Shown here piece after piece: positions 17,878-26,749 of a stretch of DNA of 64,000 nt. Source of the stretch: Bacteroidota bacterium (GTDB taxonomy: Bacteria; Bacteroidota; Bacteroidia; Bacteroidales; UBA4417); contig JAKLFM010000003.1 in the NCBI GenBank assembly GCA_022711175.1, positions 52,709-116,708 of the forward strand, read 5' to 3'. The first letter of the stretch is position 1; each line of letters begins with the position of its first letter. The translations under genes were made by a program, and so were the position numbers. Under the pieces are notes generated by a model, which worked only from the letters and a program-made list of their open reading frames with translations, was not told the origin of the DNA and did not search any database.

Positions 17878-19146
17878 ATGAAAAAATTTCTCATTATAAT
17901 CGCCCTTCTTGCCACACTATCGGCGCAGGCAGCTTTTACTGACTGGTTTCTCGATAAAACGCTTCGGGTTGATTACTTTCATTCAGGCGACCGCAACACT
18001 GAATATTACTCTATTGATCAGCTACGCATGGAACCATACTGGGGCGGTTCGAAAACTCTTCTTATCGATACCACGCAATATGGCGCCTATTATGTAAAAG
18101 CCTATGATAAAAAGACCGGACAGCTTATCTATAGTCATGGCTATTGCGCACTTTTCGACGAGTGGAGATTTACTGATGAAGCCCTGAAAACACAGCGAAC
18201 ATTTACCGAAACATTTACTATGCCTTTTCCAAAGCAGGAAACCATTCTCGACTTTTACAGCCGCAACGATCAGGGTGCATATGAAAAGAAATTCAGTTAC
18301 CCGGTTGACCCTAATAGCGCATACATTCACCAGGAGCTGCAACAGCAATATCCTGTTTATGAGACGCTTAACAATGGCGATCCGTCAGTAAAAGTTGACA
18401 TTGTTATTATTCCCGAAGGTTATACTGCTGCCGAAATGGATCGCTTTAAAGCCGATTGCGACAAATTTGCGAACGAACTTTTTACCTTCATGCCATACAC
18501 CATTAACCGCGATAAGTTTAATATCCGCGCAGTGCTGGCGCCATCGGATGAAAGCGGCACCGACATACCTGAAGAAAATGTATGGAAAAGGACCTTGCTT
18601 AATTCAAATTTTTACACCTTCGCTTCGGAGCGCTACCTCATGACGCCCGACCATCGGAGTGTGAGAAACGTGGCGGCCAATGCTCCGTACGACCAGATAT
18701 ACATTCTGGTTAACAGTACAAAATACGGCGGTGGGGCTATTTACAATTTTTACAGTGTATCGGTCAACAGCAACGCATCCGCTGCAAAGATATTCGTTCA
18801 CGAATTCGGGCACGGTTTTGCCGGTCTCGCCGATGAATACGACGATGGTTCAACCTCATTCAACGACATGTATCCACTGGCTACCGAACCCTGGGAGCCT
18901 AATATCACCACACTGGTTGATTTCGGGAGCAAATGGAAGAATTTGCTGCCTGCCGAAACGCCAGTCCCCACCCCTCTGCAGGGAGCAGCTCCACTTAAAA
19001 TTGGCGTTTACGAAGGAGCCGGCTATGTGACCAAAGGCATATACCGTCCTGTTCCCGACTGCCTTATGCGTTCGTTTAAAGGTAACGAATTCTGCCCGGT
19101 TTGCAGCAAAGCTATCCAGGACATGATTGACCGGTTCACCCGTTAA
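17878..19146 (+). CDS. Peptidase M64 (IgA-peptidase-like zinc metallopeptidase)
   Basis: 422 aa with signal peptide MKKFLIIIALLATLSAQA. The zinc motif FVHEFGHGFAGLADEYD is characteristic of family M64. Confidence 0.8.
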   Translation: MKKFLIIIALLATLSAQAAFTDWFLDKTLRVDYFHSGDRNTEYYSIDQLRMEPYWGGSKTLLIDTTQYGAYYVKAYDKKTGQLIYSHGYCALFDEWRFTDEALKTQRTFTETFTMPFPKQETILDFYSRNDQGAYEKKFSYPVDPNSAYIHQELQQQYPVYETLNNGDPSVKVDIVIIPEGYTAAEMDRFKADCDKFANELFTFMPYTINRDKFNIRAVLAPSDESGTDIPEENVWKRTLLNSNFYTFASERYLMTPDHRSVRNVAANAPYDQIYILVNSTKYGGGAIYNFYSVSVNSNASAAKIFVHEFGHGFAGLADEYDDGSTSFNDMYPLATEPWEPNITTLVDFGSKWKNLLPAETPVPTPLQGAAPLKIGVYEGAGYVTKGIYRPVPDCLMRSFKGNEFCPVCSKAIQDMIDRFTR

Positions 19147-19209
19147 TTATAGCATTTCTAAATAATACAAAATACTCCGTGAAACCCTTACAAAAAATAG
19201 GGCTTTTAC

Positions 19210-19217
19210 TAATTTTG
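19210..19217 (+). promoter_or_regulatory. Bacteroidota-type -7 promoter element upstream of ptb-buk
   Basis: taattttg matches TAnnTTTG, 70 nt upstream of the ATG at 19287. Confidence 0.4.
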
Positions 19218-19286
19218 CCATTGATATATCGAATACAACGATATTTTCCCGTATAAAAGCGATAACAATCTAAAAATCTGACAGTC

Positions 19287-20189
19287 ATGGCCATTACAAA
19301 GCTGGAACAACTATTTGAATTACTTAAAAGCAAATCTCGCAAACGCCTTGTAGCTGCTTTTGCAAACGACGCTCATACCATTGAAGCCGTATATGCTGCT
19401 GTGGAAAAGGGTATAATTGATGCAACCCTTACCGGCGATGAAGCTAATATCCGCAAGATATGCCAGGAACATGGTATGGATGCTGCCAAATTTGAGATTG
19501 TAAATGAGCCAAACGAACTGAAAGCTGCAGCGCTTGCCGTTCAGCTAATCAACGACGGTAAAGCCGCCCTGCTCATGAAAGGCTCACTGAGTACCGACAA
19601 ATACATGCGTGCCATTCTCAATAAAGAAAAAGGTCTTTGTAACGAAGGCGCCGTGCTGAGCCATGTCACCATCATGGAAATCCCGGGTTTCCCGAGGTTA
19701 CTTACACTTGCCGACGTAGCCATCATTCCGGCTCCCGATCTCAAGCAAAAGATCAAAATGATCGATTACATCGTGAAAACGGCCAAAGCCATTGGCGTTG
19801 AAAAACCCAAAGTAGCATGTATTGCAGCCACCGAGCAGATGTTGCCGGCTATGCAGGCTTGTGTTGATGGCGCTATACTCGCCAAAATGAGTGACCGCGG
19901 TCAAATATCAGGGTGCATTGTTGACGGCCCTCTCAGCCTCGATTGTGCCATCGACCAGGAATCGGTTGATATTAAGAAAGTTGCCGGACCGGTTGCCGCC
20001 AATGCCGATTGCCTCCTGTTCCCGAATATTGAGTCAGGAAATGTGTTTTTTAAAGCCGGCACCAAGCTCTCAGGTGGCGAACTGGCTGCTTATGTTGCAG
20101 GCGCCCGCGTTCCATGTGTGCTCACTTCGCGCGGCGACAGTGCTCTTACCAAAACATATTCCATCGCTCTGGCAGCACTCATGGCTTAA
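19287..20189 (+). CDS. ptb: Phosphate butyryltransferase (phosphate acyltransferase family)
   Basis: 300 aa with the typical Ptb layout (LVAAFANDAHTIEAV...LMKGSLSTDKYMRAILNKEKGL...). It lies directly upstream of butyrate kinase with a 15-nt gap. Confidence 0.85.
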   Translation: MAITKLEQLFELLKSKSRKRLVAAFANDAHTIEAVYAAVEKGIIDATLTGDEANIRKICQEHGMDAAKFEIVNEPNELKAAALAVQLINDGKAALLMKGSLSTDKYMRAILNKEKGLCNEGAVLSHVTIMEIPGFPRLLTLADVAIIPAPDLKQKIKMIDYIVKTAKAIGVEKPKVACIAATEQMLPAMQACVDGAILAKMSDRGQISGCIVDGPLSLDCAIDQESVDIKKVAGPVAANADCLLFPNIESGNVFFKAGTKLSGGELAAYVAGARVPCVLTSRGDSALTKTYSIALAALMA

Positions 20190-20204
20190 TACCCTCACCA
20201 CCTC

Positions 20205-21281
20205 ATGGACGATTTTCGAATTCTTGCTATAAACCCGGGATCCACATCCACCAAAATCGCTGTGTTTCACAACGCCAACCCGGTATTTGTCAAGAATATC
20301 ACCCATACAACCGAAGAACTCGCAGCATTTGAGCATATTGCCGACCAGTTTTCGTTCAGGAAAGAGATCATTTATAAAGAACTTCTGAATGCTGAAGCGG
20401 AACTTGATCTGATACGTGCCATTGTCGGCCGCGGCGGAATGCTGAAACCTATTCCTTCGGGTGTTTACGAGGTAAATGAAGCCATGCGGAACGACCTCCT
20501 CTATCACCCGATAAAAGAACATGCCAGCAACCTCGGAGGACTGATCGCCGATGAAATCGCCCGATCGTTGCCTGATGCCAAAGCCTTTATTGCCGATCCT
20601 GTTGTAGTGGATGAACTTGATGAAATCGCCAGGGTTTCAGGGCATCCTGATTTCAAAAGAATCTCCATTTTCCACGCCCTCAATCAAAAATCAATTGCCC
20701 GTCAGCATGCAAAAAGTATCGTAAAGCGCTATGAAGACCTGAACCTTATCGTAGTTCATATGGGTGGAGGTGTAACCGTTGGCGCTCATGAAAAAGGACG
20801 CGTAATTGATGTAAACCAGGGACTTGACGGAGAGGGCCCGTTTTCGCCCGAACGAAGCGGCACACTGCCTGTTGGCGACCTTGTGAGATATTGCTTCAAC
20901 AGTAACAAAACAGAGAAAGAGATAATAAAAATGGTTGTTGGCAATGGTGGCATTGTTGCTCACCTTGGTACCAACAGCATGTATGATGCCGAACAAAGAG
21001 CTTTGAACGGCGATGCAAAGGCAAAATTCATTCTCGAAGCCTTTGCTTACCAGGTCGCCAAAGCAATAGGCTCCATGGTTCCGGTACTCAAAGGGCAGGT
21101 CGATGCCATACTGCTTACAGGAGGCGTTGCACACAGCAAATGGATCACAAACCTCATCATCGAACGTGTTTATCGTTTCGCCCCGGTGTATATTTATCCG
21201 GGCGAGGACGAAATGCGGGCTCTTGCCCTCAATGGACTGATGGTACTGAAAGGCGAAATTGAGCCAAAAGTTTACCTTTAA
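20205..21281 (+). CDS. buk: Butyrate kinase
   Basis: 358 aa. It has the ASKHA N-terminal motif ILAINPGSTSTKIAVF, plus HASNLGG and HMGGGVTVGAH segments typical of Buk. Confidence 0.9.
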   Translation: MDDFRILAINPGSTSTKIAVFHNANPVFVKNITHTTEELAAFEHIADQFSFRKEIIYKELLNAEAELDLIRAIVGRGGMLKPIPSGVYEVNEAMRNDLLYHPIKEHASNLGGLIADEIARSLPDAKAFIADPVVVDELDEIARVSGHPDFKRISIFHALNQKSIARQHAKSIVKRYEDLNLIVVHMGGGVTVGAHEKGRVIDVNQGLDGEGPFSPERSGTLPVGDLVRYCFNSNKTEKEIIKMVVGNGGIVAHLGTNSMYDAEQRALNGDAKAKFILEAFAYQVAKAIGSMVPVLKGQVDAILLTGGVAHSKWITNLIIERVYRFAPVYIYPGEDEMRALALNGLMVLKGEIEPKVYL

Positions 21282-21395
21282 TCCCGACAGTTTAAAGGTT
21301 CAGAGCCTTTGTCTTAACAAATGAAATACCTGCGGTTAAGCGGAAAACAGTAAATTCGTCAAATCCGCTTTGGTAATCTCAGGCTCTTTATTCCG

Positions 21396-22808
21396 CTATT
21401 TTATCATCCGCAGGTAAATCACCTCTTTCTCCGTAAGGAAACGCCAGTGTCCGCGCGGGAGGTCTTTTTTGGTGAGCCCGGCAAAAATCACACGGTCGAG
21501 TTTCACTACATCGTAACCCAGTGACTCAAATATGCGGCGTACAATGCGATTACGTCCGGAGTGCAGTTCAACACCAAGTTCGCGTTTACTGCCGCTGCCT
21601 TCGGCATAGGCGATCTCATCAACCTGTGCCATTCCGTCTTCGAGTTCCACCCCTTCGGCAATAGTAAGCATGTCGGCTTTAGTAAGCGGTTTATCGAGTT
21701 CTACATGATACACCTTGCGAACATCGTGTTTTGGATGTGTGAGCTTCTTGGCCAATTCGCCGTCGTTAGTAAGCAGAAGCAGGCCTGATGTATTGCGATC
21801 GAGGCGGCCAACAGGATAAATGCGCTCCTTACAGGCGTTTTCAACCAGAGCCATCACCGTTTTACGGTCAAACGGATCGTCAACCGTGGTGATATAGCCT
21901 TTGGGCTTGTTAAGCAGCACATATACGAGCTTTTCGCTGCGGATGGGCTGATCTTCGTATTGAACTTTATCGCCGGGATTAACCTTATATCCCAGTTCTG
22001 TAATCACAATACCGTTCACTTTGATAACTCCAGCTTGTATGAGTTCATCGGCTTCGCGGCGTGAACAGATACCTGCATTGGCAATGAACTTGTTTAGTCG
22101 GGTAAGCCCGCCTGCTGACGGTTTTCGTGTATTCCTCGGTTGCGAAGGATTCTCCTTTTTGTCAAAAGGCTTTTTATAATATCCCGGTTTTTGTGAGTGT
22201 TCGCCGCGCTCCCTGCGGAATGGTTTTTCTTCTGAATGCTCGCTGTCTCTCTTCCTGTATGTTTTTGGCTTCGATTCCGAATCGAACGGTCGTTCGCTGC
22301 GCTCCCTGCGGAAAGGTTTTTCGTCGGGACGATCGCTGTCTCTTTTTCTGTATGCTTTTGGCTTCGATTCCGGATCGTAAGGACGTTCGCTGCGCTCCCT
22401 GCGGAAAGGTTTTTCGTCGGGACGATCATTGTCTCTCTTCCTGTATGTTTTTGGCTTCGATTCCGGATCGTAAGGGCGTTCGCTGCGCTCCCTGCGGAAA
22501 GGTTTTTCGTCGGGACGATCAATGTCTCTCTTCCTGTATGCTTTTGGTTTCGATTCCGAATCGTAAGGACGTTCGCTGCGCTCCCTGCGGAAAGGTTTTT
22601 CGCCGGTACCGTCATCTGATGTTTTTCGGAATGGCTTGGTTGGCCGTCCCGGTATACTTCCTTTTTTACTGAAAGGTTTCGATTCACGACCTTCTTCAGG
22701 GCTTTGGTCATCAAATTTCCTGCGCGGAGCACGTCCTCCGCCGTGTTCTCGCTTTTTGCCCGGCGCCTTGTCGGGACGGTTGCTGCCTCTGCTGTTTGTG
22801 TTCCGCAT
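21396..22808 (-). CDS. rluB: 23S rRNA pseudouridine synthase (RsuA/RluB family) with a long repetitive basic N-terminal extension
   Basis: 470 aa. The C-terminal ~240 aa carry an S4 domain (RLNKFIANAGICSRREADELI) and the catalytic motif VGRLDRNTSGLLLLTND. The N-terminal ~225 aa are low-complexity Arg/Lys/Glu/Pro-rich with 31-aa tandem repeats. Confidence 0.85.
   Translation of the reverse strand: MRNTNSRGSNRPDKAPGKKREHGGGRAPRRKFDDQSPEEGRESKPFSKKGSIPGRPTKPFRKTSDDGTGEKPFRRERSERPYDSESKPKAYRKRDIDRPDEKPFRRERSERPYDPESKPKTYRKRDNDRPDEKPFRRERSERPYDPESKPKAYRKRDSDRPDEKPFRRERSERPFDSESKPKTYRKRDSEHSEEKPFRRERGEHSQKPGYYKKPFDKKENPSQPRNTRKPSAGGLTRLNKFIANAGICSRREADELIQAGVIKVNGIVITELGYKVNPGDKVQYEDQPIRSEKLVYVLLNKPKGYITTVDDPFDRKTVMALVENACKERIYPVGRLDRNTSGLLLLTNDGELAKKLTHPKHDVRKVYHVELDKPLTKADMLTIAEGVELEDGMAQVDEIAYAEGSGSKRELGVELHSGRNRIVRRIFESLGYDVVKLDRVIFAGLTKKDLPRGHWRFLTEKEVIYLRMIK
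22190..22610. repeat. Tandem repeat, 93-bp unit, about 4.5 copies, in-frame within the rluB-like gene
   Basis: The anchor gcgctccctgcggaa recurs at 22206, 22299, 22392, 22485 and 22578, an exact 93-nt period. The encoded unit is EKPFRRERSERPYD(S/P)ESKPK(A/T)YRKRDxDRPD. Confidence 0.9.
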
Positions 22809-22906
22809 GAATGTTGAATTTCGGCAAAGGTACGAAGTTATATGGTGCAGAATAATAACCCGTTCGTTTCATGTAAGTTGCATTTGCCGGGTTGTGTATG
22901 AAAAGA

Positions 22907-23269
22907 TCACAGCCGTGGTGTGAAAGCGTCAACAATATGATTGAGCCTAACCTTTCCATGATCCAGCAAGATACCTATTACATCGAACCGCGTTTCGCCC
23001 CTGAAATCAGTTGCAAAAATGTAAGCTTCAGCCGCCCTCACCAGCGATTTTTGCTTAGCCGGAGTTACGGCGGTTTCCGGTTCACCGAAATATTCTGAAG
23101 TACGGGTTTTAACTTCCACAATTACAAGCCATTCGCCGTCGCGGGTAATGATGTCAATTTCATCACGGCCATTTCGCCAGTTGCGCGCCAATATCGGGCA
23201 CCCAATACTCTCAATATGTTTGGCAGCAAGGTCTTCACCAAGTTTTCCAAGTTCATTGTGCTGAGCCAT
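22907..23269 (-). CDS. YraN-family endonuclease (UPF0102)
   Basis: 120 aa. GEDLAAKHIESIGCPILARNWRNGRDEIDIITRDGEWLVIVEVKTR matches the YraN pattern. Confidence 0.8.
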   Translation of the reverse strand: MAQHNELGKLGEDLAAKHIESIGCPILARNWRNGRDEIDIITRDGEWLVIVEVKTRTSEYFGEPETAVTPAKQKSLVRAAEAYIFATDFRGETRFDVIGILLDHGKVRLNHIVDAFTPRL

Positions 23270-23275
23270 AATTTA

Positions 23276-24301
23276 TCAGTGTGGTTTCAAAATAAGAGAA
23301 TATAACAAATATATCAGTAGGAAAAACACCAGGAATAGCAGGGCGGGCTTCAACATCCGGAAAATACTACGGCCGGTAAAATCAGGTTTTTTTGCTTTGG
23401 AAAACGACAGTGAAACAATATCAGCCTGCACATTCAGCGTGACATTACGTCCCATGATGAGCGCCATATTTTTGTCAATATGCCCGGCAGGTAATCCAAA
23501 ACAAACAGGGAAGTTGTAACCGGCAACAGCTTCGGAAATAATTTCTTCGGCTTGCTTACCGAAAGGAATGCTATTATCGTTCATTTTTGTCGTTCCGCCA
23601 ATCACCAAACCGGCCAGATTTGCAAGTTTACCTGCCCTTTTCAGGGTCATCATCATGCGGTCAACATGATAAAGGTATTCGTCGAGATCTTCAATAAATA
23701 ATATCTTCCCGTCATAATTTACTTCCGATGAAGTTCCGTTCAGGGCGTAGAGGATTGAAAGATTCCCTCCGGCAAGTTCGCCTTCGGCTTTGCCGGTTCG
23801 GTTCAACGACACAGAGGGCATTGTAAATTCAGGAATTGCTCCCCACAGCACATCATGCAGAGAGCGAACAGCTTCGTTTTCCGAACCATCGGCCGGAAAA
23901 TTGATTAGCATGGTGGCGTGAAGCGTTTCAATTCCGAAGTTGCTTTGCACATGCGAAAGAAGAACTGTTGCATCGCTGTAGCCTATAATCCATTTAGGCT
24001 TGCGGGCAAACTTTTCGAAATCAAGGTTATCAATAATCCTGACAGTACCATAACCGCCTCGTGCACAAATAATTGCACTTACCTCGTCCCTGTCGAGCAT
24101 CATCTGCAGGTCAGCCGTTCGTTCCTCATCCGTACCAGAGTATTGATTGAATGATCCGAACAGGTGCGGCCCTGTGATCACCTTTAATCCCCAGCCTGCA
24201 AGGATTTTAATAGCCGGATCCATTTCGGCCGTTGAAACTTTGCGTCCCGGGGCAACTATGGCAATGGTGTCGCCGGGTTTCAGGTAAGGCGGAGTAATCA
24301 T
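23276..24301 (-). CDS. LD-carboxypeptidase (peptidase S66, LdcA-like) with a C-terminal hydrophobic tail
   Basis: Ser-Glu-His triad contexts are present (GYSDATVL, IEDLDEYLYHVDRM, LPAGHI). The preferred start is the ATG at 24301 (MITPPYLKPGDTIAIVAPG). The track start at 24373 would overlap the metG promoter and start region. Confidence 0.8.
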   Translation of the reverse strand: MITPPYLKPGDTIAIVAPGRKVSTAEMDPAIKILAGWGLKVITGPHLFGSFNQYSGTDEERTADLQMMLDRDEVSAIICARGGYGTVRIIDNLDFEKFARKPKWIIGYSDATVLLSHVQSNFGIETLHATMLINFPADGSENEAVRSLHDVLWGAIPEFTMPSVSLNRTGKAEGELAGGNLSILYALNGTSSEVNYDGKILFIEDLDEYLYHVDRMMMTLKRAGKLANLAGLVIGGTTKMNDNSIPFGKQAEEIISEAVAGYNFPVCFGLPAGHIDKNMALIMGRNVTLNVQADIVSLSFSKAKKPDFTGRSIFRMLKPALLFLVFFLLIYLLYSLILKPH

Positions 24302-24389
24302 CAGGTTGCTATTTCCCTGTAAAATTAATGAAATCGAATTAAAATGAGGAGCGGGGAGTGCCGTCAATTTCACTCTTTCAGATAATCAG

Positions 24390-24397
24390 TATCTTTG
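24390..24397 (+). promoter_or_regulatory. Bacteroidota-type -7 promoter element upstream of metG
   Basis: tatctttg matches TAnnTTTG, 30 nt upstream of the ATG at 24427. It lies inside the over-extended track ORF that starts at 24358. Confidence 0.5.
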
Positions 24398-24426
24398 CAC
24401 CTCTTTTCTTGATTTATCCATTGTTC

Positions 24427-26484
24427 ATGAGCGATCAGTCAAATTTTAAGCGGTACACCGTCACTTCGGCACTCCCCTATGCCAACGGGCCTATCCATAT
24501 CGGCCATCTTGCCGGAGTTTATGTGCCTGCCGATATTTATGTGCGTTATCTGCGGTCGAAAGGCGAGGATGTCCTGTTCATTGGCGGCAGCGACGAACAT
24601 GGCGTTCCCATCACCATACGTGCCCGCAAGGAAGGTTTGGCGTCGCAACAGGTAGTTGACAAGTACCACGAAATGATCAAAAAGTCGTTCGAAGAACTAG
24701 GTATTTCGTTTGATGTTTACAGCCGCACTTCGGCACCTATACACCACGAAACGGCTTCCGCTTTTTTCCGCAAGCTTTATGAACAAGGAGAATTTATCGA
24801 AAAATACAGCGACCAGTATTTTGACGAAGAAGCAAAGCATTTCCTTGCCGACCGCTACATCACAGGAACCTGCCCCAAATGCGGTTTCGAAAAGGCATAT
24901 GGCGACCAGTGCGAAAGCTGTGGTTCATCATTAAGCCCTACCGAACTCATCAATCCGAAATCAGCCCTTAGCGGCAATACTCCGGTGCTGAAAGAAACAA
25001 AACATTGGTTCCTTCCGCTCGACAAACATGAAGGATGGTTGCGCGAATGGATACTTGAATCGCACAAAGATGACTGGAAAACAAACGTTTACGGTCAGTG
25101 CAAATCGTGGCTCGACGGAGGACTGCAACCCCGTGCCGTTACCCGCGACCTCGACTGGGGCGTGAAAGTGCCTGTTGAAGGTGCTGAGGACAAAGTGCTG
25201 TATGTGTGGTTTGACGCACCCATTGGCTACATTTCAGCTTCGCGCGAATGGTCGCTGAAAACCGGGAAAGACTGGGAACCTTACTGGAAATCGGCCGACA
25301 GCAAGCTTGTGCATTTCATCGGCAAGGATAACATTGTTTTTCACTGCATCATCTTCCCGGCCATGCTGAAAGCCGAGGGAACCTACATACTGCCCGACAA
25401 TGTTCCGGCCAATGAATTCCTCAACCTTGAAAACGATAAAATATCCACTTCACGAAACTGGGCTGTCTGGCTTCATGAATACCTCGAAGAGCTGCCCGGC
25501 AAGCAGGATGTGTTGCGTTATGTGCTGGCAGCCAATGCTCCCGAAACAAAGGATAACGACTTCACATGGAAGGATTTTCAGCTTAAAAACAACAGCGAAT
25601 TACTGGCCATCTTCGGCAACTTTGTAAACCGCACCATGGTGCTTACCCATAAGTATTTTGAAGGAAAAGTGCCGGCCGTTGGTGAAATGGATGATTATGA
25701 CAAGCAGGTGATTGCAGAGATCGGCCGATACCCGGGAAGCATCGCGCTGAGTATCGAAAATTACCGTTTTCGTGAAGCGCTTGGTGAACTGATGAACCTG
25801 GCACGGCTCGGCAACAAGTACCTTACCGATACCGAACCCTGGAAAAACTTCCCTGCAAATCCGGCAAGGGTAGCCACCAACCTGAATATTGCACTGCAAA
25901 TTTGTGCCAACCTGACGGTGCTTTGTGAACCTTTTCTGCCATTCACAGCTACAAAATTGGCCAATATGTTGAATATTAAACAATTCAAGTGGGGTGAAGC
26001 CGGCAATGCAAACCTTCTGGCTGCCGGACATTTGTTGAATGCACCTGCTTTATTGTTCGAAAAAATTGAGGATACTGTTATTGAAGCGCAGGTTAAAAAA
26101 CTGCTCGACACCAAAAAAGCGAATGAAGCATCGCAGTGGAAGCCAATGCCCCAAAAACCGACGATCACTTTCGACGACTTTACAAAACTTGACCTGCGCA
26201 TCGGGACAATTGTTGCCGCCGAAAAAGTAGCCAAAGCCGATAAACTGCTCAGGCTCACTGTTGATACAGGGCTGGACAGCCGTACTGTAGTATCCGGCAT
26301 CGCTGCCCATTATTCTGCTGAAGACATTATCGGCCGCAAGGTTACCATTCTCATCAACCTGGCGCCACGCAGCCTTAAAGGCATTGAATCGCAGGGGATG
26401 ATACTGATGGCCGAAAACAGTGAAGGAAAGCTTTGTTTTGTTGAGCCATCGGAGCCTTTTGGCAGCGGTAGCGAGATTCGTTAA
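24427..26484 (+). CDS. metG: Methionine--tRNA ligase with a C-terminal tRNA-binding (Trbp111/EMAP-like) domain
   Basis: Class I motifs are present: [15 protein letters not shown] (HIGH) and KISTSRN (KMSKS-like). The zinc knuckle is [18 protein letters not shown], and the C-terminal segment is [28 protein letters not shown]. The start is set at [10 protein letters not shown]. Confidence 0.95.
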   Translation: MSDQSNFKRYTVTSALPYANGPIHIGHLAGVYVPADIYVRYLRSKGEDVLFIGGSDEHGVPITIRARKEGLASQQVVDKYHEMIKKSFEELGISFDVYSRTSAPIHHETASAFFRKLYEQGEFIEKYSDQYFDEEAKHFLADRYITGTCPKCGFEKAYGDQCESCGSSLSPTELINPKSALSGNTPVLKETKHWFLPLDKHEGWLREWILESHKDDWKTNVYGQCKSWLDGGLQPRAVTRDLDWGVKVPVEGAEDKVLYVWFDAPIGYISASREWSLKTGKDWEPYWKSADSKLVHFIGKDNIVFHCIIFPAMLKAEGTYILPDNVPANEFLNLENDKISTSRNWAVWLHEYLEELPGKQDVLRYVLAANAPETKDNDFTWKDFQLKNNSELLAIFGNFVNRTMVLTHKYFEGKVPAVGEMDDYDKQVIAEIGRYPGSIALSIENYRFREALGELMNLARLGNKYLTDTEPWKNFPANPARVATNLNIALQICANLTVLCEPFLPFTATKLANMLNIKQFKWGEAGNANLLAAGHLLNAPALLFEKIEDTVIEAQVKKLLDTKKANEASQWKPMPQKPTITFDDFTKLDLRIGTIVAAEKVAKADKLLRLTVDTGLDSRTVVSGIAAHYSAEDIIGRKVTILINLAPRSLKGIESQGMILMAENSEGKLCFVEPSEPFGSGSEIR

Positions 26485-26499
26485 TCATCAGAAAAATTG

Positions 26500-26507
26500 T
26501 ATTTTTG
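26500..26507 (+). promoter_or_regulatory. Bacteroidota-type -7 promoter element upstream of tRNA-Arg
   Basis: tatttttg matches TAnnTTTG, 20 nt upstream of the mature tRNA 5' end. Confidence 0.45.
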
Positions 26508-26527
26508 CACCCCTGGAAACAGTAAAT

Positions 26528-26599
26528 GGCCCTATAGTTCAACGGATAGAACGGAAGTTTCCTAAACTTTAAATTCAGGTTCGATTCCTGGTGGGGCTA
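26528..26599 (+). tRNA. tRNA-Arg (anticodon CCT)
   Basis: Hand-folded cloverleaf. The acceptor is GGCCCTA/TGGGGCT (two G-U pairs). The D arm is GTTC-AACGGATA-GAAC. The anticodon arm is GAAGT-TTCCTAA-ACTTT with CCT at positions 34-36. The variable region is AAAT and the T arm is TCAGG-TTCGATT-CCTGG. The discriminator is A and no CCA is encoded. Confidence 0.85.
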
Positions 26600-26609
26600 C
26601 AAAATCCTA

Positions 26610-26645
26610 AAGCCTTGTAAGCAAAAGACTTACAAGGCTTTTTCT
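26610..26645 (+). terminator. Rho-independent terminator after tRNA-Arg
   Basis: 12-bp stem aagccttgtaag / cttacaaggctt (26610-26621 / 26629-26640) followed by ttttt. Confidence 0.75.
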
Positions 26646-26698
26646 TTAATTATCGCATTGTTGCGCTGGAGTATTTTGATTAAATCGCAGCAGTTCAT

Positions 26699-26706
26699 TA
26701 TCTTTG
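26699..26706 (+). promoter_or_regulatory. Bacteroidota-type -7 promoter element
   Basis: tatctttg matches TAnnTTTG, 44 nt upstream of the ATG at 26750. Confidence 0.45.
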
Positions 26707-26749
26707 GTATAGCATTTGTAAATTATAAACAGCTTATAACAAAATCATT

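Noticed and set aside
22190-22610. The regular repeat array, considered as a possible CRISPR array.
   Set aside because: The repeats are contiguous 93-bp units with no unique spacers. They lie in-frame inside a coding sequence, and no cas genes are present anywhere in the window.
22094-22732. Three long ORFs overlapping the rluB-like gene: 22094-22732 (minus, 212 aa), 22127-22672 (plus, 181 aa) and 22236-22619 (plus, 127 aa).
   Set aside because: All three lie within the 93-bp tandem repeat. The period is a multiple of three and the unit lacks stops in several frames, so alternative frames stay open by construction. Their translations are repeat echoes (…KNLSAGSAANxLTIRNRxQKHTGRET…) with no start context. 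The frame continuous with the pseudouridine synthase domain is the real one.
24302-24426. N-terminal extensions of track ORFs: LdcA-like to 24373, metG from 24358, S46 from 42259, GH92 to 55764, the T9SS cargo gene to 56823 and the hydrolase from 16256.
   Set aside because: In each case an internal ATG yields a canonical N-terminus or signal peptide. The extension also overlaps a TAnnTTTG promoter box, a terminator or the divergent neighbouring gene. Shorter coordinates are used in the feature list.
25600-26310. Minus-strand ORFs of 143, 179 and 86 aa inside metG.
   Set aside because: They are antisense to a full-length methionyl-tRNA synthetase with all class I motifs. They have no independent signals.
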